DNA of 63,123 nucleotides from the NCBI GenBank assembly GCA_036378495.1, contig DASUWI010000041.1, positions 1 to 63,123 on the forward strand. Direction: 5' to 3'. Shown piece by piece: positions 47,731-55,913 of this stretch; the stretch's first letter is position 1, and every line of letters begins with the position of its first letter. The stretch is from Candidatus Dormiibacterota bacterium. GTDB lineage: Bacteria; Chloroflexota; Dormibacteria; Aeolococcales; Aeolococcaceae. The notes beneath the pieces were generated by a model. That model ran no database searches. It was not told the origin of the DNA and saw only the letters and a list, made by a program, of their open reading frames with translations. The translations under genes and the position numbers were made by a program.

Positions 47731-49668
47731 ATGTTAAGAGCACCGGCTGAGCGGACTCCGGCCGGCGACGAGGCGCCGTCCGCGGCTGACGCCGCGCAAC
47801 CCCTCGTCCGCTCCGGCTTGCGCGCGTTCCTCGACCTCGATCGCTTCGATGTCATCGCCGTCGTGGTGCTCGTCGTCGTGTCGTTCGGGCTGCGCCTGGC
47901 GAGCCCGATCTTCCCCAACTTCCTGAGCGCGACAGGCGGCGTCAGCGCATCCGGAGTCGGCGCCGCGTACAACGGAACCGAGTGCGCGGCGGTGCCGGTG
48001 GGCCCGAACTACCACGACGTCACTCGCTGCGGCTACGTGTTCGACGAGGTGTACTTCCCCGTCGACGCTGCCAAGGATCTGGCGCAGCCGGCGGAGTCGT
48101 ACTTCGATCCCGAGCCGCCGCTGGCCAAGCTCATCATGGCGCCGCCGATAGCATGGTGGGGATTCAACACCTGGACGTGGCGGGCGAGCACCGTGCTGTT
48201 CGGCAGCCTGCTCGTCGGTGTCATGTACCTGATCGCCAAGCGTCTGCGCCGCGATCGCTTCTTCGCGGTGGCGGTAGGCGTTCTGATGTCGTTCGATGGA
48301 CTCGCGTTTGTCGAGTCGCGCACCGGTGTGATCGACATCATCGCCATCTTCTTTGTCGCGCTCTTCTACTACGTGTTCCTGTTGCACTGGCAGGCGAGGA
48401 CGCGGCGGCAGTGGCGCCGCACGCTGTACGTGATGGCCGCCATCGCCGGCCTCGCGTTCGGCGCCAAGCTGACGGCGCTGGCGCCGCTCGTGGTCGCGGC
48501 GGCGCTGATTCTGGGGCGCGGCCTCGCGCCGCTGCTGCCGGCGGTGGTTCCGTTCCTTCGCCGCGTCGCCGGGCCACGCGGAGCCGAGACGGGGCTGTGG
48601 CGCAGCGCCGCCGGCCGGTCGGCGCCGATCCACTACATCGCGGCAGTGGTGCTCATGGCGTGCGTGTTCTTCGCCTGCTACTCGCGGTACCTGACGATCA
48701 GCCACCCCGACGTCTACTTCTTCACGTCGTGCAACCCGGCGAGCAGCGGCCTGGTGGGCACACCGACGACGCTGCATCCGCCCGTGATCCACGTGGGCAC
48801 CACCACCCTGCCCAATCCCGGGCAGGCGATCTACAACATCTACGAGATCAACAAGGCGTCGCTGCAGTACCACTCACTCGAGTGTCACAGCCATCCGTAC
48901 TCCTCGCGCTGGTACACGTGGCCGGTGATGGAGCACCCGGTGCTCTTCTACTACGACTCCGGCACCCCGCCCAACTCGGCAGTGTCGTCGATCACCGACA
49001 TGGGCAATCCCGCGGTCTGGTGGCTCGGCATACTCGCGCTGCTGTTCTGCGTCTGGCGCATGACGCGCGGCCCGACCTGGTGGCGCCTGGGTGTCGGCGT
49101 GCTCGGCCTGGGATCACTGGTGGCGATGCTCCTGCTGTTCGCCGCCGCGCAGCGCTGGCATGCACCAGGGACCACAGCGGCGGACTTCAACACGTCGTAC
49201 ACGGCGGCGCAGTTCGTCGCCAAGTTCCACCAGGACCCGTCACCGCAGAACGAGATCGCCGCGGTGTCACCCGGCCCGCTCTTCGATGTCGCCTTCGCGG
49301 GCATGGTGCTGTTCGCCGCCTGCGGGGTGATCAGCGCGGTGATCTCCCGCGCGTTCGTGCCGGCGTTCATCGTGGTCGGCTACGTCACCGCCTGGATGAT
49401 GTGGGTGCCCGGCAACGAGCGCCGCGTGCTCTTCTTCTACCACGCGCTCGGCATGCTGCTGTTCACCACGCTGGCGCTGGCGTACGCGCTCACGGCTCTG
49501 CGCCGCATCCGCATTCCGGTGGGGCGCTGGACCCTGTCACTCACGCCGGTCGCCTACGCCGCCGTCGCCATGGTGCTGCTGGCGTTCGTGTTCTTCTATC
49601 CCGTGTGGACGGCGGCTTCGCTCAGCCTGGCTGACCACGAGATGCGGGTCTGGGTCGACACCTGGTGA
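47731..49668 (+). CDS. Polyprenyl-phosphate-mannose-dependent protein O-mannosyltransferase-like GT-C enzyme (GT39/PMT family)
   Basis: FDEVYFPVDA (DE motif in loop 1), over 10 TM helices, and a YHSLECHSHPYSSRWYTWPV block as in bacterial Pmt. Confidence 0.75.
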   Translation: MLRAPAERTPAGDEAPSAADAAQPLVRSGLRAFLDLDRFDVIAVVVLVVVSFGLRLASPIFPNFLSATGGVSASGVGAAYNGTECAAVPVGPNYHDVTRCGYVFDEVYFPVDAAKDLAQPAESYFDPEPPLAKLIMAPPIAWWGFNTWTWRASTVLFGSLLVGVMYLIAKRLRRDRFFAVAVGVLMSFDGLAFVESRTGVIDIIAIFFVALFYYVFLLHWQARTRRQWRRTLYVMAAIAGLAFGAKLTALAPLVVAAALILGRGLAPLLPAVVPFLRRVAGPRGAETGLWRSAAGRSAPIHYIAAVVLMACVFFACYSRYLTISHPDVYFFTSCNPASSGLVGTPTTLHPPVIHVGTTTLPNPGQAIYNIYEINKASLQYHSLECHSHPYSSRWYTWPVMEHPVLFYYDSGTPPNSAVSSITDMGNPAVWWLGILALLFCVWRMTRGPTWWRLGVGVLGLGSLVAMLLLFAAAQRWHAPGTTAADFNTSYTAAQFVAKFHQDPSPQNEIAAVSPGPLFDVAFAGMVLFAACGVISAVISRAFVPAFIVVGYVTAWMMWVPGNERRVLFFYHALGMLLFTTLALAYALTALRRIRIPVGRWTLSLTPVAYAAVAMVLLAFVFFYPVWTAASLSLADHEMRVWVDTW

Positions 49669-51860
49669 CAGCGATCCTGCTCGCCGCCGCCGTGGTGCTG
49701 ACACTGGCGGCGGGGGCGGTGATCGCCGGGTGGGTCACCGCGCGGCTCTCGCTGGTGGAGCGTGGGCTTCTCGCCGTGGTCGGCGGCATGCTCGCCGGCT
49801 CCGCCATCAGCTACGGCCTGGCGCTGCTCGCGGGCCTCAACGACGGCACCGTGCTGGGCGGCCCCGCCGTTGTCGTCGCGGCCGGATCTGTTGCTGCTGT
49901 ATCTGGCATCAGCATCGTGGGGCCGTGGCGCGATTCGCTGGCAGACGCGCGCTCGGCATGGCGGCGGCGGCCGCTGGCCGGGTGGGTGATGGCCGCTGTC
50001 GCGGTCACCGGCGCGGTCATCGTCGCCGTGATCTTCTCGCGCGCGCTGTTCAGCTCGGACGGCGGGCTCGAGTCCGGGTACGCCACCGTCTGGGCCGACT
50101 GGTCGCAGCATCTGACCACGGCGTCGAGCTTCGCTGTGGCGCACAACCTGCCGCCGGCCAACCCGCTGTTCAGCGCCACGCCGCTGCTCTACCCGTTTCT
50201 CGCCGACTTCCAGTCGGCAACGCTGCTGACGCTGGGCGCCTCTTACGGTGCCGCGCTGGCGGTGCCGTCCGCGCTGCTGGTGCTCGCCGGCGGCGCGCTC
50301 GTCGTGTGTCTGGCACGGCGCCTCGGCATCGGGCTCGGCGGCGGCGTGGCCGCAGCGCTGCTCGTCTTTCTCGGCGGCGGCATCGGCTTCGTCGGTCTCT
50401 TTCCGGACGCGTGTGTGGCACACGGGTTCACCACCGCGCAGTGCTCGTTCGGCTATATCGTCACCCACCCGGCGCAGGGCTTCGGGATCATCGGCGGCAC
50501 GCTGCGCGACCTGCCCACGGTGGTGATGGCGCAGCCGCGCGCGTATGACGGCCTGCCGTCGGACGGTGGCATGGCGTCCATCCCCGGGCTGCAGTGGTAC
50601 ACGCCGCTCCTCGCCTGGTGGCTGCCGCAGCGCACGATCGTCTATGGGTTCGCCGCCGCCATCGCGGCGCTGGTGCTGGTGTACGCCGGCCTTCAGAGCC
50701 GGCGCGGCGGGTGGCCGGCGTTTCTCGTCGCCGGCGCGCTGATCGGCCTGCTGCCGATCGTGCACATCCAGACGTTGATCGCGCTGGTGTTGATGCTCCT
50801 GGTCATCGCCGCGATCCACCGTCGCCGCGAGTGGCTGGGGCTGGCCGCGGTGGCCGCGGTGATCGGGCTGCCGCGGTTGGTGCAGGTGGCGATCGCCGCG
50901 CACGGGTCTGCGGCCGCGGGCGATGAGTACCCCTGGTTCGAGCCCGGTTGGCTCGGAGCCGCGCCCAACCATCTCGACTTCTCCGCGGTGAACGCGTTCA
51001 TCGCAACCGGCCAGGCGCTGCGCCAGCTCGTGAGCCCGCGGTGGTGGGGCTTCTGGGCTGCGAATCTCGGCGTGGCGGTGCCGCTGTGCACCGTTCTCGT
51101 GCTGGCCGGCGCCGCGGCGCTGGTCCCCGGACGTGCCGGCGCGTGGGCGTTGCGCGTCATCGGAGTCGTGCCCCGTCCGCTGCTCGAGCTGTTCGCCGGC
51201 GCGATGGTGGTGTTCGCGGTGTGCAACGTCGTCGTGTTCCAGAGCTGGGACTGGGACAACACCAAGCTGCTCGTCTACTGGTACCTGGTCGTGGGGCTCG
51301 TGGCCGGCGCGCTCCTGACCGCGGCCTGGCGGCACCGATGGCGCGGCCTCCTGGCGTCGGCGCTCTTCGTCACGATGGTGCTGACCGGCGCCGTCGTGAT
51401 GCTCCGCTTCGGCCCCTGGACGCCTGCGGCAAACCAGGTGGGCGGGCCGTTCGTCATCGTCGACGCGCAGGAACGCGCCCTCGCCGAGACGGTGGCGGCG
51501 GAGACGCCGCCACACTCGATCTTTCTCACGTTCGGGATCCCCAACGACCCGGTGCTGACCGTGGCGGGCCGCACCTCGCTCATGGGCTACTACGGCTGGC
51601 TCTGGAGTTACGGCACCCTGTTCGGCACGCGCCAGAGCGACATCGACACGATGTACCGCGGGTGCGCGGCGACGACGAACTGCCCCGTGGTCGACCTGCT
51701 CCGCCGGTACGGGGTGAGCTACGTGGAGCTGGACGACCGCGTGTCGTCGCCCGGAGCGGTCACGCCGGACGTCGGCTTCACGTGGTGGTCGAGCCAGGGC
51801 TTCCCCGTGGTGGCGCGCACCGCGCACATCGTCGTGTACGACGTGCGCGGTGTCACCTGA
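49665..51860 (+). CDS. GT-C-fold integral membrane glycosyltransferase-like protein (family unassigned) with C-terminal soluble domain
   Basis: GTGA overlap with the PMT gene. About 14 predicted TM helices. The C-terminal 150-aa domain reads GGPFVIVDAQERALAE...YGVSYVELDD. Confidence 0.55.
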   Translation: MTAILLAAAVVLTLAAGAVIAGWVTARLSLVERGLLAVVGGMLAGSAISYGLALLAGLNDGTVLGGPAVVVAAGSVAAVSGISIVGPWRDSLADARSAWRRRPLAGWVMAAVAVTGAVIVAVIFSRALFSSDGGLESGYATVWADWSQHLTTASSFAVAHNLPPANPLFSATPLLYPFLADFQSATLLTLGASYGAALAVPSALLVLAGGALVVCLARRLGIGLGGGVAAALLVFLGGGIGFVGLFPDACVAHGFTTAQCSFGYIVTHPAQGFGIIGGTLRDLPTVVMAQPRAYDGLPSDGGMASIPGLQWYTPLLAWWLPQRTIVYGFAAAIAALVLVYAGLQSRRGGWPAFLVAGALIGLLPIVHIQTLIALVLMLLVIAAIHRRREWLGLAAVAAVIGLPRLVQVAIAAHGSAAAGDEYPWFEPGWLGAAPNHLDFSAVNAFIATGQALRQLVSPRWWGFWAANLGVAVPLCTVLVLAGAAALVPGRAGAWALRVIGVVPRPLLELFAGAMVVFAVCNVVVFQSWDWDNTKLLVYWYLVVGLVAGALLTAAWRHRWRGLLASALFVTMVLTGAVVMLRFGPWTPAANQVGGPFVIVDAQERALAETVAAETPPHSIFLTFGIPNDPVLTVAGRTSLMGYYGWLWSYGTLFGTRQSDIDTMYRGCAATTNCPVVDLLRRYGVSYVELDDRVSSPGAVTPDVGFTWWSSQGFPVVARTAHIVVYDVRGVT

Positions 51861-52965
51861 GGTGACGCCCCGGCGCACGCTCGCGGTGGTGCCCGGCGCG
51901 CTGGTCGCAACCCGGCTGGTCTGGATCGCGATCGTGCTGGTTGCGGCAGCAACCCAGGTCGGCTCGCTGCCGCTCGGCAGCGCGGTGCGGGCCACGATTG
52001 TGCGCTGGGACGCGGTCTCGTATCTGCAGATCGCGCAGCACGGGTACCCGGCCGTGCTCGATTACCGCGACGCGTTTCTCCCGGGATACCCGCTGCTGAT
52101 ATCGGGCGCGACGTTCGTGTTCCGCGACGACGTCATCGCGGCGTGGCTCATCGGTCTCGCCGGCGAAGCCGCGGGTCTCTGGTTCCTGTACCGCATGGTG
52201 CTCGCCGAGCGGGACCGCCGCAGCGCGCGTTTCTGCGTCTGGCTGACCGCGCTGCTGCCCACCGCCGTGTTCTTCATCGTGCCTTTCACCGAAGCGCCGT
52301 TCTTCGCCGCAACCGCGGCGTCGCTGTACTACGCACGGCAGGGCCGCGCAGGACCCGCAGCGGTGGCCGCGGCGGTGGCGACGTCGTTCCGTCTCACGGG
52401 ACTGGCGCTCGTGCCCGCCCTGCTGCTGGAGGGGCTGCAACAGCGGCGCAGGCCACGCCCCGTCAGGGGCGTGTTTCTCCCATTGATCATTCCTCTTCCA
52501 ATTGTCTTGTACTGTGCCTACATGCGCCTGCACACAGGTGATGCGCTGGCGCTGTTCCATGCGCAGAGCCTGCCGTCGTTCGGACACGGTGCGGCGGCGC
52601 CGTGGGACGGGTTCGCCGCCACCTGGAACACGATGATCACGGCCGATGACGGTGAGACGCGGTCCATATTCGCCCGCGAGATCGCCTTCGGCCTGCTCGG
52701 CCTCGTGCTCTGCGTCGCGATGTGGGTGTCGGCGCGCGTGCCCCGCTCCTGGGCCCTGTACTGCAGCGTCGCGTGGCTCATGACCGCATCGCTCAGCTTC
52801 TGGCGCTCAGAGCCGCGCTACATCCTGGCGCTGTTCCCTGCGGTGATCGTGGTCGCCGATGTCAGCGCGCGGGTGCGCGCCGGCCGCGCCGCCGTCCTTG
52901 TCGCCAGTGCCGCGCTGATGGGCATCGCCTCATGGATCTTCGCCACCGGCGGGTGGGTCGGGTGA
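51850..52965 (+). CDS. GT-C mannosyltransferase-like membrane protein (PIG-V/GT76-like)
   Basis: 11-nt overlap with the upstream gene. RWDAVSYLQIAQHGY...FLPGYPLL...EAPFFA is the pattern I associate with PIG-V-type mannosyltransferases. Multi-TM. Confidence 0.55.
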   Translation: MSPEVTPRRTLAVVPGALVATRLVWIAIVLVAAATQVGSLPLGSAVRATIVRWDAVSYLQIAQHGYPAVLDYRDAFLPGYPLLISGATFVFRDDVIAAWLIGLAGEAAGLWFLYRMVLAERDRRSARFCVWLTALLPTAVFFIVPFTEAPFFAATAASLYYARQGRAGPAAVAAAVATSFRLTGLALVPALLLEGLQQRRRPRPVRGVFLPLIIPLPIVLYCAYMRLHTGDALALFHAQSLPSFGHGAAAPWDGFAATWNTMITADDGETRSIFAREIAFGLLGLVLCVAMWVSARVPRSWALYCSVAWLMTASLSFWRSEPRYILALFPAVIVVADVSARVRAGRAAVLVASAALMGIASWIFATGGWVG

Positions 52966-53792
52966 TCGTCGACGCACATGTGCATGTGCTGCCCGCGTCG
53001 ATGCGCCGCCAGCGGCAGCGGATCGCCGACCCGTGGTTCGCCGCATGTCACCAGGGCGACCGGGCGATCGCCACCGTCGACGACCTCCTGGGCGTGATGG
53101 ACGCCGCCGGTATCGACCATGCCGTGTGTCTCGGCTGGCCGTTTGCGGACCAACGACTGTGCGCCGAGGTGAACGACTACCTTGCGAAGGCACAGCATGC
53201 GCACCCCGATCGGATCACGGGGTTCGGCTGCGTCAACCCGGGCGCCAGCGGTGCCGCGGCCGAGCTGCGACGCATCGCGGGCCTGGGGCTGCGCGGCGTC
53301 GGCGAGCTGAACTGCGATGCGCAGTCGTTTGCGCTCGACGATGGCCGCGTCGCCGAGGCGGTGGCGGTGAGCATGGAGCTCGCCCTCCCCTGGACGCTGC
53401 ATTGCAGCGAACCGGTGGGCCACGCGTATGCCGGCAAGGGCACCGCAACGCCAGACCTGGTCGCGGCGTTCGCGCTTCGCCATCCCGAGCTCAAGCTCGT
53501 CTGTGCCCATCTTGGAGGCGGTCTTCCCTTCTTCGCGCACATGCCCGAGGTCGCGGCCCTGTGCCGGCGGCTGTGGTTCGACACCGCCGCCGTGCCGTTC
53601 CTGTACCGGCCCACCGCGTACCGCTCGGTGGTGGACCTGGTGGGCGCCGACCGGCTCCTGTTCGGCAGTGACTACCCGCTGCTCGGGGCGGAGCGCTACC
53701 TCGCCGGCTTCACGGCAGCGGGGCTCACCGACGAGGAGCAGCGGCTGATCCTGGGGGGCGCGGTGGACCGCCTCCTGTCACGAACTTCTTAA
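52962..53792 (+). CDS. Amidohydrolase family (TIM-barrel metal-dependent hydrolase, Amidohydro_2-like)
   Basis: GTGA overlap. N-terminus VIVDAHVHV, HCSE, VCAHLGGG, LFGSDYP. Confidence 0.8.
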   Translation: MIVDAHVHVLPASMRRQRQRIADPWFAACHQGDRAIATVDDLLGVMDAAGIDHAVCLGWPFADQRLCAEVNDYLAKAQHAHPDRITGFGCVNPGASGAAAELRRIAGLGLRGVGELNCDAQSFALDDGRVAEAVAVSMELALPWTLHCSEPVGHAYAGKGTATPDLVAAFALRHPELKLVCAHLGGGLPFFAHMPEVAALCRRLWFDTAAVPFLYRPTAYRSVVDLVGADRLLFGSDYPLLGAERYLAGFTAAGLTDEEQRLILGGAVDRLLSRTS

Positions 53793-53871
53793 CAGCACTT
53801 CCCGATCCCGTTACCGCACCGTCGCGAAACCCTCACGCTTTTTTGCAAATCCCGCGAGAATATGTCCGCTG

Positions 53872-53914
53872 GGCGGAGAAACCGGCGCCCGCCAGCCGGT
53901 CCTTCGCCTTTTTT
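53872..53914 (+). terminator. Candidate intrinsic terminator of the GT-C/amidohydrolase operon
   Basis: Imperfect long stem GGCGGAGAAACCGGC...GCCGGTCCTTCGCC followed by TTTTTT (53909-53914). A second hairpin, GGACGGGG-N7-CCCCGTCC, lies at 53922-53944. Confidence 0.4.
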
Positions 53915-54023
53915 GTGCCCGGGACGGGGTCGTCCGCCCCGTCCTGGCACAGCCTCATCCCGAGCGGGCCGTTGCGGTGCACACTTCCCCGACGTGCTCA
54001 CGCCCCGCACCCTCGAGGTGGTC

Positions 54024-55277
54024 ATGGTCTCCTTCGAGGGACCGGACCAGTACAGCCAGGCCGGTGGCCTCGGCGTGCGCGCGCGCGAGCTCTGCCGTGC
54101 GCTGGCGCAGCACGGGTTCGCCACGACGCTGGTCTTCGTCGGCGACCCGAAGCGGCCGATGCAGGAGGAGGACGCCGGCGTCTGCCTGGTTCGCTGGGCC
54201 CAGCAGCTGAGCCGCCGCCACCCCAGTGGTGTCTACGAGGGCGAGCACGAGAAGATGGCCGAGCTCAACCGCACGCTGCCGGGGTGGCTGATCGACACCG
54301 TGGTGCGCCCCGCCGTGAGCCGTGGCCGCGTGGTCGCCGTGCTCTGCGAGGAGTGGCACACTGCCGTGTTCGCGCGCGTGCTCAGCGACATGCTGCACGC
54401 GCGCCGGCTGCGTGATCGCGTCGCGCTCCTGTGGAACGCCAACAACTCGTTCGGGTTCGAGGGCATCGACTGGCCCGCGCTCGACTACGTCGCCGCGATC
54501 ACAACCGTGAGCCGCTACATGAAGCACCTGATGTGGCCTTTCGGCGTCAACCCCCTCGTGATCCCGAACGGCATTCCCACCGGATCGCTGACGCCGCCCG
54601 ACGCCGTCGCGGTGCGCGCCATCCGTGCCGGCGCGGGGACTAACTGCCTCGCCTTCAAGATCGGCCGGTTCAGCCCGGACAAGCGGTGGCAGCAGGCGGT
54701 GGCCGCAATCGCCGAGCTGCGCACCGAGGGCGTGCCGGCCCGCCTGCTGATGCGCGGGGGCATCGAACCCTACGGCGCCGAGGTGCTCGCCACCGCCGCC
54801 CGCGCGGGGCTGCAGGTGGCCGACTGGCACGAGCCTGTCGAGGATGCCTCCGGGATCGTGGCGGCGCTGTCCGCCACCGATGGCGCCCCCATCGTCAACC
54901 TGCGCCGCTTTCTCCCCGACGCGGTGATCGCGGAGATCGACGCCGCCGCCACGGCGGTGCTGGCGAACTCGAGGCACGAGCCCTTCGGCCTCGTGGGGCT
55001 CGAGGCGATGGCCGCAGGCGGGGTGGCTCTGGTGGGCGCCACCGGCGAGGAGTACGCCCGCCCCTACGGGAACGCGATTGTGGTCGAGACCGACGACCCC
55101 TCCGAGGTGTCCAGCGCGCTCAGCGGTCTCGTGGCCCAGCCGGCCCTGGCCCGGCGCCTGCGCCGCGCCGCCCGGCGCGACGCGGCCGACTTCTCCTGGC
55201 CCCTCGTCGTCGATGGCCTGGTGGAGCGCCTGCGCTTCGTCTGCCAGCGCCAGCGCGTGATGGTCCCCACCGCGTAG
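54024..55277 (+). CDS. GT4-family (GT-B) glycosyltransferase
   Basis: N-terminus MVSFEGPDQYSQAGGLGVRAREL and C-terminal EPFGLVGLEAMAAGG (E-x7-E region). Start is ATG 54024 or GTG 54018, with GAGGTGG upstream. Confidence 0.8.
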   Translation: MVSFEGPDQYSQAGGLGVRARELCRALAQHGFATTLVFVGDPKRPMQEEDAGVCLVRWAQQLSRRHPSGVYEGEHEKMAELNRTLPGWLIDTVVRPAVSRGRVVAVLCEEWHTAVFARVLSDMLHARRLRDRVALLWNANNSFGFEGIDWPALDYVAAITTVSRYMKHLMWPFGVNPLVIPNGIPTGSLTPPDAVAVRAIRAGAGTNCLAFKIGRFSPDKRWQQAVAAIAELRTEGVPARLLMRGGIEPYGAEVLATAARAGLQVADWHEPVEDASGIVAALSATDGAPIVNLRRFLPDAVIAEIDAAATAVLANSRHEPFGLVGLEAMAAGGVALVGATGEEYARPYGNAIVVETDDPSEVSSALSGLVAQPALARRLRRAARRDAADFSWPLVVDGLVERLRFVCQRQRVMVPTA

Positions 55278-55307
55278 GGCGGCGTGCGCCCACTAGAGTT
55301 CGTGCGC

Positions 55308-55460
55308 ATGGAGTCGCAGCTGCGCTCGCGCGCGGCCGACCTCGGGCTCGGCGACGCCGACGTGGCGGAGTGGGACGGCGCCATCGATGATGAGCTCGTC
55401 ACCGCGGTGCTCGGCGGACTCGTCGCGTTCGAGGACGCGCTGGCCGAGCTGGCGCTGTGA
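55308..55460 (+). CDS. Small acidic ORF (50 aa), possible antitoxin-like partner. Too short to appear in the supplied ORF track.
   Basis: MESQLRSRAADLGLGDADVAEWDGAIDDELVTAVLGGLVAFEDALAELAL*. The stop overlaps the GTG of the next ORF (GTGA). G+C-rich third codon positions. Confidence 0.3.
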   Translation: MESQLRSRAADLGLGDADVAEWDGAIDDELVTAVLGGLVAFEDALAELAL

Positions 55461-55819
55461 CCGCGGCTCTTCTCGGCCTCGACGAGGTGCGCTTCATCAA
55501 CCTGGTCGCGGCCCGCCGCGTGGCGGGGGATCAGTCGGCAGCGCCGGACACCCCCAACGCGAGGCTCGAGGATGTGCGCTCCGAAGAGCCGCCGGTGCGC
55601 GCGGCGCAGCTGGCTGCGGCACTTGCGCGTCCCGGTGCCCTGGCCGTGGCCGCGCTGCCCACGGCACTGCTGGCCGTGGTCTGCCAGCTGCGGCGCGACG
55701 GGCTGCGGCTGATCGCGCCGCAGGGCGTCGCCGCCGGGATGATCCGTGGCCTGAGCACCGGCCGCGTCGGCGTCGAGGATTTCGCCGCCTGGCTGGCGGA
55801 CCGTGCGATCAGCGCCTGA
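55457..55819 (+). CDS. Hypothetical protein with Doc/Fic-like layout but no HxFxDGNKR motif
   Basis: LLGLDEVRFINLVAARR...PTALLAVVCQLRRDGLRLIAPQGVAAGMIRGLSTGRVGVEDFAAWLADR follows the Doc helical order. The catalytic loop is replaced. Confidence 0.35.
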   Translation: MTAALLGLDEVRFINLVAARRVAGDQSAAPDTPNARLEDVRSEEPPVRAAQLAAALARPGALAVAALPTALLAVVCQLRRDGLRLIAPQGVAAGMIRGLSTGRVGVEDFAAWLADRAISA

Positions 55820-55913
55820 GCTCAGCGATCCGTCGCGACGGCGGCGGTCGCTCCGCAGTGGTCGCGAATATGATTGACCGGAGGCAGGCTGACGCGAGGA
55901 GATTGCCCGCGCG

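Noticed and set aside
55886-55893. A single TGACGCGA half-site upstream of the ManC-PMM gene, considered as a third copy of the phosphoesterase motif.
   Set aside because: It is only one 8-mer. Given the base composition, about two chance occurrences are expected in 2 x 63 kb, so it is not evidence of a shared regulon.
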